Shown one piece after another: positions 19,683-28,697 of a stretch of DNA of 64,000 bases (position 1 is the first letter of the stretch; the number at the start of each line of letters is the position of its first letter). The notes beneath the pieces are model-generated. The model was not told the DNA's origin. It did no database searches and worked only from the letters and a program-made list of their open reading frames with translations. The DNA comes from Syntrophorhabdaceae bacterium (lineage in GTDB: Bacteria > Desulfobacterota > Syntrophorhabdia > Syntrophorhabdales > Syntrophorhabdaceae): the NCBI GenBank assembly GCA_963666485.2, contig CAXXUO010000002.1, forward strand, positions 384,001 through 448,000, in the 5' to 3' direction. The position numbers were made by a program, and so were the translations under genes.

Positions 19683-19813
19683 ATTTCGGTGCCAAGCACC
19701 GGGATGAAGGGAATGTCGGATTTTTACGTGGAACGTGGAACGTGGAACCGTTTTTTTCGCCTTTCGCCTTTAGCCTTTCGCCTTTCCCGTTAGCCGTACG
19801 CCGTACGCCGTCA
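19683..19813 (-). repeat. Degenerate REP-A plus graded heptamer tract (paralogue of 13236-13392)
   Basis: CGGTGCCAAGCACCGGGATGA...GAATGTCG...TTTTACGTGGAACGTGGAACGTGGAACC..., then CCTTTCG/CCGTACG units. Confidence 0.88.
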
Positions 19814-21673
19814 TTTTATCCCGATATGCAGCAGCAATATCCGTCTAACCTCTTCTATCGTTTCCGGTTCCCCCTGCGTGGAATGGCCCGAATTTACCAC
19901 GAGTTCCGACGCGGCGTAGTCAATGTGCGCGCTGGTGTATTTTACGACCCCATCCGTCCACTTATCTTTCGGGGCGTCAACGTTCTTCACCGAGATTATC
20001 GAGTGGGCCGTGACCTTGGGATCGATGGGAATAGATGAGAACGTCCTTATGAACACGCTGTTCGGGTCCATATTGCTGGTGCTCTTCGGGAGTGACTGAA
20101 GCACGGACATGTCGATGGCGTTCGGGTTCTTGCTGGCCACCTCCTTCATCGTATCGAGCACCTGGAAAGGCAAATGAATAAACTTGCCCGACAACCTTCC
20201 TATCCACCCTCCCGCCACATAACTGCCCCTGTGCGGCGTTGAGATAAAGATTACCCTCCTGACGAAAGGGAGCGGCTTGTAAAACAAGCTTCTCTCGAGC
20301 ATGGACCGTGTCGGTGCGGAAACATCGATCCGATCGAAAGGGACGTCCGTTGCGTTGTCCCAGAAACGGGTCCCGCTGTCCATTGCGGGCAGTTTAGCCA
20401 GGATGCCCCCCTGGCTGTGGCCTATGATCACCATTTCCTTGAGGGCGGCGTCCGTGCCGTCGGGGTCGAGTGCACGGACCAGTTCCTTGAGGCCGCTCAC
20501 CAGCATGCCCCCGGTATACAGGATGGGGTTTCCCGTATTGTACGTGAACGACCAGAATTGATAGCGGCCCCACAGGCGCTGGTCATTGTACAATTCGTTG
20601 AGCATCTCCACCCAGCGCGCCGCACTCGACGCCGTGCCGTGAATGAACAGGACGGGGATATGATTGGGTTTATAGGGGGTCAGGAAAAAGATATTCTCCG
20701 GGAACCTGTGCTGTTCCTTGAAGAGCTTAAAACTGCCGGAGAAAAAACCTTTTGTCTCAGTCTCATACACCGACGATCCCTCGAGAGAATATGCAAGGGC
20801 CGCAGATTCATTGAATTCGAGAGGGACCTCCCGGCCTTCTATCATCACGATCTTTGAGGAATCGGTCGTGTAGAGCTCGATCTTCCCCATGAGATCGCCG
20901 GTCTTCAGAGCTTCGCCCGGGTCATCAATGCGCAAAAGGGCCGTCACAGCGACCTTTATAGCCGGAGGGACCCGTGCCAGTGCCTGTTTCTCCGCATCAG
21001 GGCTATACTTCGTGGCAGCAACAAGAGCCGCCCCTATCCCCGGCCAGCGGTATTCATTCCTGAGGCCGCGTATCGAAAGCCGGGCCGCATTGTAGAAATG
21101 AACGAGCGTATAGGAACTCCACTGGAAAGAGGCAGGGTCAACGGCGATCGTCATTGTCCCGAACGGCAGTTTGTACGTCCCCCCTTGCAGATTGACCTCG
21201 AACCCGTCCCCGGATGCAAGGCCCTCGGCGACACCGAGGTTATAGATATCGGCCGCCGTCCGGAACCGGGGATCCAGCGGATTTATCGGACACGGCTGGC
21301 CCTTCGGGAAAAGAAGCGCGTAGGCGTATACGGCCGATGCGAGATAATAGGACCTGTCCTGGCTCCGGGACGCATACAGAAATGAAAGCTCTGCGAGGGC
21401 GAAAAGCCGGTCTGCCTCGTTTTCCGTAGACACACCCTTGTGTATCCTCGCTATAACCTCTTGCGGCGCATCGTCGAATTTCTCGGCCAGGCCGTTGCGG
21501 TTCAATATCTGCGTTGTCGGTGCGCTTAAAGTAGAATGCGTGAGGATGTTGGCCGTCAGTTTGCGGTACGATTCCCGGGTATCGAGGCGCCCCACCCCCA
21601 CGGGCGTCGCACAACCCCCGACAAGAAGCAGGACTAAGAGGATAAAAACTGGTGCGAGTTTGCGTAAGCTCAT
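19811..21673 (-). CDS. Alpha/beta-hydrolase lipoprotein (lipase/esterase-like)
   Basis: Lipobox VGGC; FIHG, GHSQGG nucleophile elbow, STPHRGS, DGVV, C-terminal His. Confidence 0.85.
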   Translation of the reverse strand: MSLRKLAPVFILLVLLLVGGCATPVGVGRLDTRESYRKLTANILTHSTLSAPTTQILNRNGLAEKFDDAPQEVIARIHKGVSTENEADRLFALAELSFLYASRSQDRSYYLASAVYAYALLFPKGQPCPINPLDPRFRTAADIYNLGVAEGLASGDGFEVNLQGGTYKLPFGTMTIAVDPASFQWSSYTLVHFYNAARLSIRGLRNEYRWPGIGAALVAATKYSPDAEKQALARVPPAIKVAVTALLRIDDPGEALKTGDLMGKIELYTTDSSKIVMIEGREVPLEFNESAALAYSLEGSSVYETETKGFFSGSFKLFKEQHRFPENIFFLTPYKPNHIPVLFIHGTASSAARWVEMLNELYNDQRLWGRYQFWSFTYNTGNPILYTGGMLVSGLKELVRALDPDGTDAALKEMVIIGHSQGGILAKLPAMDSGTRFWDNATDVPFDRIDVSAPTRSMLERSLFYKPLPFVRRVIFISTPHRGSYVAGGWIGRLSGKFIHLPFQVLDTMKEVASKNPNAIDMSVLQSLPKSTSNMDPNSVFIRTFSSIPIDPKVTAHSIISVKNVDAPKDKWTDGVVKYTSAHIDYAASELVVNSGHSTQGEPETIEEVRRILLLHIGIK

Positions 21674-21680
21674 ATTACCT

Positions 21681-21752
21681 GGTTCAAGGTTCAACGTTCA
21701 ACGCAAAAAAAGCCCGCTTTTGACGTTGAACCTTGAACCTTGAACCTTGAAC
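21681..21752. repeat. Inverted heptamer pair (GGTTCAA)n / (TTGAACC)n hairpin
   Basis: Read directly. Confidence 0.9.
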
Positions 21753-21761
21753 ATTATAATA

Positions 21762-22358
21762 CTATTTCTTAGCCGGTGCATCTATCGTTATGGCAACAGC
21801 TTCCGTAAGCCGCACAAAGACATCATCGCCTTTCTTGATGTTCTTGAACTTTTTGACAGATTTATCGACAACGAAATCCCTGACATTACCTTCCGGCCCT
21901 TTCAGGGAAACTACCCGATTCTTATAGTCGATCTTTTCGACAACAGCGGTAATGTCCAGTGTATTTACGACCACGGCGCCCGGCTTTTCACCCTTCGCCG
22001 CCACTTGGACAACCTGGGCCTCGGAAGCAGCCGGCGCTTCCCCCTTCTTGGCAACAACGACAGCCACGGATTCCAGGAACCGTGCGGTCAACGTGTCACC
22101 CGGCTTGATCTGGTCGAAATTCTTCACTTCCGGACCGGCCTTGACGGTACGCTGTATGCCGCTCGGCATCTTGAATGTCACGGTCCGCTTCGCAGCGTCA
22201 ACCGACTCAACCGTCGCCTGGACCGTTACCACGTCGACCACGACGCCTGCCGGTTTCTCGGCAGGTTTCTTTGCCGCTTTCGTCTCGGCCGCGAGGGCGG
22301 CGCTGACAAGCAGAAGTACCATAAATGCCACCACCACTACAGATACAGCTTTTTTCAT
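21762..22358 (-). CDS. Exported protein with two tandem beta-rich (OB-like) repeats
   Basis: Signal peptide (ALA-AE), strong SD, internal duplication. Confidence 0.8.
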   Translation of the reverse strand: MKKAVSVVVVAFMVLLLVSAALAAETKAAKKPAEKPAGVVVDVVTVQATVESVDAAKRTVTFKMPSGIQRTVKAGPEVKNFDQIKPGDTLTARFLESVAVVVAKKGEAPAASEAQVVQVAAKGEKPGAVVVNTLDITAVVEKIDYKNRVVSLKGPEGNVRDFVVDKSVKKFKNIKKGDDVFVRLTEAVAITIDAPAKK

Positions 22359-22542
22359 AGAACCCCTCCTTGAATAATTTGGATACTTGCCTTATCCTCA
22401 TTCTTTACTAGAATATACTATTACCATACACGTGTACTCGAATACAGCGAGAAACTCCAGGGACCCCTATATATTTTACTCTTCGCTCCTTACTTGGTAA
22501 GCGCCAGGACATCGTAGACAAAAATTACACCGCCGCACCAGC

Positions 22543-22728
22543 CGTCATTCCGGCTTGCCGGAATCCAGTGTCTTTGTTCTTCCGTCATTCACGTTCATAG
22601 TGTTAATACTTCCATGTATCAGGCAGCCAGTGCCCGATCTATCAGTATAAGTTATGTGAAAGTTTCCGAGTGTTACCGTAAGAAAAGACAACTGAAAAGC
22701 CACTGGATTCCGGCAAGCCGGAATGACG
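22543..22728. mobile_element. REPIN/MITE-like element with perfect 28-bp terminal inverted repeats
   Basis: CGTCATTCCGGCTTGCCGGAATCCAGTG (22543-22570) and its exact reverse complement (22701-22728). Confidence 0.7.
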
Positions 22729-22810
22729 ATGGAATTGCCTGGCCCCTGCAGTCCATGATGTTCTGGCACAAAAAACATTCTACGACGTCGTGGCGCTCAG
22801 CATTTACTCC

Positions 22811-24457
22811 TTACTGTTTCTCCAGCGCACCCTTTATAATTTCGCGCGCGCCGTCGATGATCTTTTCGAGATGGTCTTCGTCCTCAAAGCTTTCGGCGTA
22901 GAGTTTATAGATATCTTCGGTACCCGACGGCCGGACAGCGAACCATCCGGACGCGGTGGATATCTTCAGGCCCCCTATCGGCTCGTTGTTGGCCGGTGCA
23001 CGCGTCAGTTTTGAGACGATCTTCTCACCGGCCAGTTCGACGGCAGGGACTGTCTCGGGGGTCATGCTGCTTATGGCTGCTTTTTCAGCCGGCGTCGACG
23101 CTGCGTCGATGCGCGTGTAGACGGGCCTTCCCAGGCGGTCGGCGAGCTTTTCGTAGACGCGGCCCGGGTCCATATTCATTCGAGCGGTCATCTCGGCCGC
23201 CAGGAGGCCAAGGATAAGACCGTCCTTGTCGGTAGTCCACACGGTGCCGTCCATCCTCAGGAAGCTTGCACCGGCACTTTCCTCCCCGCCGAAGCAGCAC
23301 GATCCGTTCAAAAGGCCGTCGACGAACCATTTAAATCCGACCGGCACCTCGGAAAGTTCCCTGCCGAGATCGTGCACAACGCGGTCTATGAGGCCCGAAC
23401 TGACAAGGGTCTTGCCGATGGCGGCGTCCTTGGGCCATCCGGGACGGTGGGTCAGGAGATAGTATATCGCCGCGGCGAGGTAGTGGTTCGGGTTCATGAG
23501 CCCGGCCGACGGGCTTACTATCCCGTGGCGGTCGGCATCGGTGTCATTCGCGAAGGCGACCTGGAACCGGTCCCGCATGGCCACCAGGCCCGCCATTGCA
23601 TAAGGGCTCGAACAATCCATGCGGATCTTTCCATCGTGGTCCACAGTCATGAACGAAAAAGTGGGATCGACGGCAGTGTTCACAACGGTTATATCGAGGC
23701 CATACGTATCCTTCACGGGTTCCCAGTACTGCACGGAAGCCCCTCCCAGCGGGTCGATCCCTATTTTGACGCCGGCAGACCGTATGGCCGCCATGTCGAT
23801 AACGGTGCCAAGGTCATGTACGTACGGCATAACAAGGTCCGCATGCCGGGTCGATGACGCCTTCAATGCGGCATCATAATCCATTTTCCTGACATCACGA
23901 TTGTCCTCTTTCAATAAACTGTTCGCGCGATCTTCGATCCACCGGGTAACCTTCGTATCAGCGGGCCCCCCGTGCGGAGGGTTGTATTTAAACCCCCCGT
24001 CGCCGGGAGGGTTGTGGGACGGTGTAATAACGACGCCATCGGCCGGCGATCGACTGCCCGAACGGTTATACCCGAGCACAGCATGGGATATCACCGGGGT
24101 CGGGGTAAACCCGTCGTTGCGCTGAATGACGGTCTCCACACCATTGGCGCACAAGACCTGGAGGGCCGTCTTTTCGGCGGGCCCGGACAACGCGTGTGTA
24201 TCTTTGCCCATATACAGAGGCCCGTTGATGCCCTGCATTTTCCTGAAGTCGCATATGGCCTGTGCGATAGCCAGGATATGCGCCTCGTTGAACGTTCCGC
24301 GCAGGGACGACCCCCGGTGGCCGCTCGTACCGAAGCTGACCTTTTGCAGCGGGTCGTTCACGTCGGGTTTGCGTTCGTAGTATTCCTTTTCGAGCTTCCT
24401 GACATCTATAAGGATCTCTTTCGGGGCGGGCTTTCCTGCAAAAGGTGAGATTGCCAT
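22811..24457 (-). CDS. pgm: Phosphoglucomutase (alpha-D-glucose-1,6-bisphosphate dependent)
   Basis: [38 protein letters not shown]. Confidence 0.96.
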   Translation of the reverse strand: MAISPFAGKPAPKEILIDVRKLEKEYYERKPDVNDPLQKVSFGTSGHRGSSLRGTFNEAHILAIAQAICDFRKMQGINGPLYMGKDTHALSGPAEKTALQVLCANGVETVIQRNDGFTPTPVISHAVLGYNRSGSRSPADGVVITPSHNPPGDGGFKYNPPHGGPADTKVTRWIEDRANSLLKEDNRDVRKMDYDAALKASSTRHADLVMPYVHDLGTVIDMAAIRSAGVKIGIDPLGGASVQYWEPVKDTYGLDITVVNTAVDPTFSFMTVDHDGKIRMDCSSPYAMAGLVAMRDRFQVAFANDTDADRHGIVSPSAGLMNPNHYLAAAIYYLLTHRPGWPKDAAIGKTLVSSGLIDRVVHDLGRELSEVPVGFKWFVDGLLNGSCCFGGEESAGASFLRMDGTVWTTDKDGLILGLLAAEMTARMNMDPGRVYEKLADRLGRPVYTRIDAASTPAEKAAISSMTPETVPAVELAGEKIVSKLTRAPANNEPIGGLKISTASGWFAVRPSGTEDIYKLYAESFEDEDHLEKIIDGAREIIKGALEKQ

Positions 24458-24482
24458 GGTGCACTCCTTGCTGAAAAATAAT

Positions 24483-24929
24483 CTATCTATCTATTAATTT
24501 TAGCAGGGCCATCTGAATGTCGGGGTCCATCTCGCGGACCGCGTTGATCCCTTTCAATTCCAGGATAACAGCTTCCAGGACTAGGAATGTCTTGGCCTCG
24601 TCACGCAGGCACCCGGTCTTGACGCTGTCGAATTTCCCGTATGTACCGTGGATATGGGCCCGGGGTTCATCGCCGTACCAGAAAACGGTGCCTGTCGCGA
24701 GGGTCTCATGACTGTCGACTATCTCACGCCACGTGGGTTCCGGAGGGCGCGCATCATCATTTCGGGGACCGACCACGATCCTGCCCTCCGTAATGCCGCC
24801 GAGGAGGTAAAAAATGCAGGCTTTGATGCGTTCTTTGCGAACGATACCGGTAAGATTGGAGATTATCTCGTCCCCATCCTCGAAATGCGCCAGGATAACC
24901 CTTCCGATCTCACCGACCTGGTATTTCAC
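24483..24929 (-). CDS. PPC-domain (DUF296) protein
   Basis: GTVFW...HIHGTYG...TGCL pattern; GTG start at 24929. Confidence 0.75.
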   Translation of the reverse strand: MKYQVGEIGRVILAHFEDGDEIISNLTGIVRKERIKACIFYLLGGITEGRIVVGPRNDDARPPEPTWREIVDSHETLATGTVFWYGDEPRAHIHGTYGKFDSVKTGCLRDEAKTFLVLEAVILELKGINAVREMDPDIQMALLKLIDR

Positions 24930-24946
24930 GATGCTTGTCTTTCGTC

Positions 24947-25465
24947 CTATTTCAACGGGCCGCGGATGAGCTTGATATCGTCGATCCAGACCGTTCCCTT
25001 GCCGGTTATAACGAGGTTGAGCTTCACAAGTTCCGGGCTCTGCCCTTTTTTCAGAAAGAACGGGGTTTCCTGCGTTGTCCACTCATTCGTGCCCGTGAGA
25101 TACGTGTCGAGTCCTCGCGAGAAATACTCGCCTTTTCCCTGAAAAACACAGCGCATCTCGAGGAAAACCCGTCCGTCGACGTCTTTCGTCTTTACCTTCG
25201 CCCGGTAGATCAGTCTCGCATTCTCTACGTCGAGGCCGCTGACCTCATAAAGATGAACAACCATGTGGCCGGGCGCATCGATCCTGACCGAACCTTTGCC
25301 GTCGAATGACACCGCGGGATCGAAAGCGACATTCGTCTGCGTAATGACATCCGCGCTATTCAGCGGATATTCCTTTATCGTCCTCGGGACCTCCTTCCTG
25401 CTGCAGCCGGCCGAAAACAGGATAATTACGAGAATAACAGCCAGAACTGAAAAGGTTCGTTTCAT
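24947..25465 (-). CDS. Lipoprotein with carbohydrate-binding-like beta-sandwich, unknown function
   Basis: Lipobox SAGC; GTNEW, GTVWIDDIKL; SD GGAGG. Confidence 0.72.
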   Translation of the reverse strand: MKRTFSVLAVILVIILFSAGCSRKEVPRTIKEYPLNSADVITQTNVAFDPAVSFDGKGSVRIDAPGHMVVHLYEVSGLDVENARLIYRAKVKTKDVDGRVFLEMRCVFQGKGEYFSRGLDTYLTGTNEWTTQETPFFLKKGQSPELVKLNLVITGKGTVWIDDIKLIRGPLK

Positions 25466-25496
25466 CAGGGACCTCCGGTAAAGGATCAGTACTGCC

Positions 25497-25588
25497 AAAG
25501 GTAATTAGGTGCCAGGTTATGGGTCATCGGCATGGGTTATGGTCTGCCGGTTTTTCCCATTACCCATGACCCCGAACCCATTACCTTT
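25497..25588. repeat. Degenerate inverted heptamer pair (GGTTATG-type / CCCATTA-type)
   Basis: AAAGGTAAT...ATTACCTTT ends pair; imperfect 7-nt units. Confidence 0.6.
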
Positions 25589-25733
25589 CGTTATATTAAC
25601 ACATAAACTTTTATTTGTGAGTCTTCAAAACAAATATTTATGCGTGCATCTGTGATCTTGTGATAATGGTCATTTAATGTATCCGGGTCACCATTCGATA
25701 ATATCTTAAGCACCTACCGGGAGGCAAAAACAA

Positions 25734-25853
25734 TTGAGAACTGCTTTAACATTAAAAATCCAACAAATGTTCCTCGGAAGAAAATGCAGGATCATTATGG
25801 TCGTATCTGCGTGGCTGACTATTGCCTTTTTATGTCTGACTTTGCAGCTGTAA
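25734..25853 (+). CDS. Putative 39-aa small membrane protein
   Basis: GGAGG SD, TTG start, MRTALTLKIQQMFLGRKCRIIMVVSAWLTIAFLCLTLQL, followed by a hairpin. Confidence 0.45.
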   Translation: MRTALTLKIQQMFLGRKCRIIMVVSAWLTIAFLCLTLQL

Positions 25854-25880
25854 AAAACATGATCGCCTGACGGCGATCAT
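25851..25880 (-). terminator. Hairpin ATGATCGCC-TGAC-GGCGATCAT with U-tract on minus strand
   Basis: 9-bp perfect stem with A6 on its left; downstream of the LysE gene. Confidence 0.6.
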
Positions 25881-25970
25881 TCAAGGTTCAAAGTTCAAGG
25901 TTCAACGAAAGACAAGACAAATTCGGTGCATTTTTAACTTTGAACCTTGAACTTTGAACTTTGAACCGTT
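25880..25970. repeat. Inverted heptamer pair (RGTTCAA)n / (TTGAACY)n
   Basis: Read directly. Confidence 0.9.
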
Positions 25971-25971
25971 T

Positions 25972-26598
25972 TTATTCCGGAAAGAATGCTATCCGCAGGC
26001 TGAATAAAATAAGCAGTATACCGAAAATAACGTTGAAGTACCCCTGAAACCGGTCTACGAGCGACCGCACATGCCTTTGATTAAGGAAGAACGCGACAAA
26101 ACTGAACCACATGATGGTCTCTGCAACCATGATGGCCCCCGCAACGACGAGGACGAAACGCGGTGTTCCGGGCTGCACCACTATCGTAAAGAGTCCCAGA
26201 AAAAAAAGCGTCGCCTTCGGGTTCGATATATTCGTGAGGAACCCGGTCCAGACGGCACTTAAAGGCGAAATATCTTTTTTTGCCTTTTCGGGCGAAAGAT
26301 CGAAACCGAAGGAGCGCGCGGCGATCGAGCGGATACCCATGTACAGGAGATACGCCGCACCGAAATATTTTATGATCGTGAACAGGGTCAGCGATTTCGC
26401 GATAACGACAGCGATGCCTGCTATGAGGTACGTGACATGGACCGCGACACCAATGCCAAAACCGATCGATGTGAAAACCCCGGTCCTTCGCGAATACATC
26501 AGGGAATTCCGGACGCACATGATAAAATCCGGGCCGGGACTGATGACGCCGAACGCCTGAATGATGGCTATAGTTCCTAAGATGTGAAGGTTTTCCAT
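25972..26598 (-). CDS. LysE/RhtB family translocator
   Basis: ISPGPDF, GAAYLLYMG, GFLTNISNPK. Confidence 0.93.
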   Translation of the reverse strand: MENLHILGTIAIIQAFGVISPGPDFIMCVRNSLMYSRRTGVFTSIGFGIGVAVHVTYLIAGIAVVIAKSLTLFTIIKYFGAAYLLYMGIRSIAARSFGFDLSPEKAKKDISPLSAVWTGFLTNISNPKATLFFLGLFTIVVQPGTPRFVLVVAGAIMVAETIMWFSFVAFFLNQRHVRSLVDRFQGYFNVIFGILLILFSLRIAFFPE

Positions 26599-26606
26599 AT
26601 AAAACA

Positions 26607-26648
26607 GGGTCCTGGGTAACGGGCAACAGGTTATGGGTTACAGGTAAT
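26607..26648. repeat. Six degenerate heptamers (RGGTAAC-type)
   Basis: GGGTCCT GGGTAAC GGGCAAC AGGTTAT GGGTTAC AGGTAAT. Confidence 0.8.
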
Positions 26649-27479
26649 CATATTTTCGGCTGCCCTGTCATGAATTCCGGTTATTTTCATTCTCTTTCTG
26701 CGAAGCCCCGCAGTATGGCGCCCGAGATCAAGGACGATCACCGTGATGTTGTCCCAGCTTCCGGCATCCCTGGCCAATTTCGCAATGTATGCCGCCGCTG
26801 CTTCCGGGTCGTCGTACAACCTGGCAGCAGCGATAACCTCATCCGGGGCAAGGACATCCCATACCCCGTCACAGGCGAGAACGGCCCTGTCATTCTCGGT
26901 TCCGAGCAATCCTTCTATTATGCGCGGCTCAGGGGTGACGTACGGTTTGAGGCATTTGTCGCCAAGCGCGCGGCTGATGGCAAGAATACCCTTGACCCGC
27001 GGCACACCGAAAACGACAACATTGCCTCCGAGGGCCTCGATACGGGAACGCTCGGGAGCGTCATCCGGCTTGTGGTCCCGGGTGAGGACGGTAACGCCGT
27101 TCCCGGTGCCCAAGATCACACGGGAATCACCCGCATTCGCGGCTATGAACCTGTCCCCCATAATATAGAGCTCGACGGCGCACGTTCCCGTTTCCGCCTG
27201 TTTTTTTACGACATAGTCATCAACTTCCAGGTACGCATCCCTCAAAAGGTCAGCCACATCCCTGCGGTCCGCTTGCGGTTTTTTCCTCTCCATTTTCAGG
27301 GCGTGGAGAAATGCGGGGGTCAGCATTTCGGCGGCCATCCTGGCGGGCCGCGATCCCCCGTGCCCGTCGTATATCTCGGCACTGAAAACTGACATCTCGT
27401 CATCGTCATAGATGACGTGCTCGTCCTCCATGGACGGCCTGAGACCCACGTCCTCGCTTATGCCATACGGGATATCCAC
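26631..27479 (-). CDS. PP2C family Ser/Thr protein phosphatase
   Basis: GLRPSMEDEH, YDGHGG, ANAGDSR, DHKP, LAISRALGD, LACDGVWD, DNIT; GTG start approximate. Confidence 0.88.
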   Translation of the reverse strand: MDIPYGISEDVGLRPSMEDEHVIYDDDEMSVFSAEIYDGHGGSRPARMAAEMLTPAFLHALKMERKKPQADRRDVADLLRDAYLEVDDYVVKKQAETGTCAVELYIMGDRFIAANAGDSRVILGTGNGVTVLTRDHKPDDAPERSRIEALGGNVVVFGVPRVKGILAISRALGDKCLKPYVTPEPRIIEGLLGTENDRAVLACDGVWDVLAPDEVIAAARLYDDPEAAAAYIAKLARDAGSWDNITVIVLDLGRHTAGLRRKRMKITGIHDRAAENMITCNP

Positions 27480-27551
27480 AAAGGATATTGTAACCCATAC
27501 TTTCCGGTTTGGACAGCACCCGAAAGCAAAATGCCAAAAACAAATCAATAC

Positions 27552-27581
27552 TTGCAAAAATGCGGGTTTACGTTCTATAAT
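27552..27581 (+). promoter_or_regulatory. Sigma70-type promoter of xseB operon
   Basis: TTGCAA-N18-TATAAT, 10 nt before ATG. Confidence 0.55.
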
Positions 27582-27591
27582 AGGTACTTCC

Positions 27592-27813
27592 ATGAAATTC
27601 GAAGAAGGGCTGAAGAAACTGGAAGATATAGTCAGGACCCTTGATGAAGGAAACATACCTCTTGACGAAGCTCTGGGTCTCTTCAAGGAGGGACTCGCCC
27701 TGACAAAAGAATTGTCAAAACGACTCGACGAAGCTGAAAAAAAGGTAGAGGTCCTTATAAGAAAAGAAGGGGGAGCCGTCGAGAAGGCCCCATTCACCGG
27801 AGAAGATGAATAG
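27592..27813 (+). CDS. xseB: Exodeoxyribonuclease VII small subunit
   Basis: FEEGLKKLEDIVRTLDEGNIPLDEALGLFKEG; synteny with ispA-dxs. Confidence 0.93.
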   Translation: MKFEEGLKKLEDIVRTLDEGNIPLDEALGLFKEGLALTKELSKRLDEAEKKVEVLIRKEGGAVEKAPFTGEDE

Positions 27814-28697
27814 TGGATCTGTCGAGTTACCTGCATGACAAGAAGATCATCGTTGAAAAGGCGTTGAAGGATATTTGCACGAGCTTTGTCTCGACCCCGG
27901 GCGTACTGAGGGACGCCATGGAATACATGCTTTTCAGCAACGGGAAAAAGATCCGGCCCATCCTCGCCATAGCGGCCTGTGAAGCGAAGGGCAGGAGCTC
28001 CGATGATTTTCTGCCATGTTTTTGCACCCTCGAGATGATACACACGTATTCCCTCATCCACGACGACCTTCCATGCGTGGACAACGATGATGTGCGCAGG
28101 GGCAGGCCGACATGCCACAAGGCCTTTGGAGAGGCAGTGGCTATCATGGCCGGCGACGGCCTTCTGACGGAAGCGTTCAGGGTCCTTGCCGACCCCCGGT
28201 TCTCGGAACGGGTGAGCCCGAAAGTATCCCGGCAGATCGTTTTTGAGATCGCTTATGCGGCCGGGGCGGAGGGTATGGTGGGCGGCCAGGTCATGGACAT
28301 CATATACGAGAGCAAGGAAGGCACGAAGAACATCCTTCATTATATCCATTCTCACAAAACAGCGGCCATGCTCCGCGCTGCGGTCCGCGTCGGCGCCCTG
28401 GCGGGAGGGGCAAAGGCACGGGAACTCAAGAGTTTTACCCGGTATGGCGATGCCATAGGCCTTGCGTTCCAGGTGATGGACGATATACTGGACGCCGAAG
28501 GCGACGAAGAGCTCGTCGGCAAAAAATTGAAAAAAGATGCCAACAAGCAGACCTATGTAAAGCACTATGGCATCCTGGCCTCGAAGTTGAAACTGGAACA
28601 ACTCGTTGACGAAGCAGTCAAATCAATAGCATTTTTGGGAGAGAATGGCCGTATTCTTGAAGATATCGCGCGCTTCATCGGCAACAGGGTCTCATAA
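27813..28697 (+). CDS. ispA: Farnesyl/geranyl diphosphate synthase
   Basis: GKKIRP, SLIHDDLPCVDNDDVRRG, FQVMDD. Confidence 0.93.
   Translation: MDLSSYLHDKKIIVEKALKDICTSFVSTPGVLRDAMEYMLFSNGKKIRPILAIAACEAKGRSSDDFLPCFCTLEMIHTYSLIHDDLPCVDNDDVRRGRPTCHKAFGEAVAIMAGDGLLTEAFRVLADPRFSERVSPKVSRQIVFEIAYAAGAEGMVGGQVMDIIYESKEGTKNILHYIHSHKTAAMLRAAVRVGALAGGAKARELKSFTRYGDAIGLAFQVMDDILDAEGDEELVGKKLKKDANKQTYVKHYGILASKLKLEQLVDEAVKSIAFLGENGRILEDIARFIGNRVS

Noticed and set aside
27480..28601. 656-aa PP2C 'fusion' ORF
   Set aside because: N-terminal 374 codons are antisense to xseB-ispA; only the C-terminal part is PP2C.
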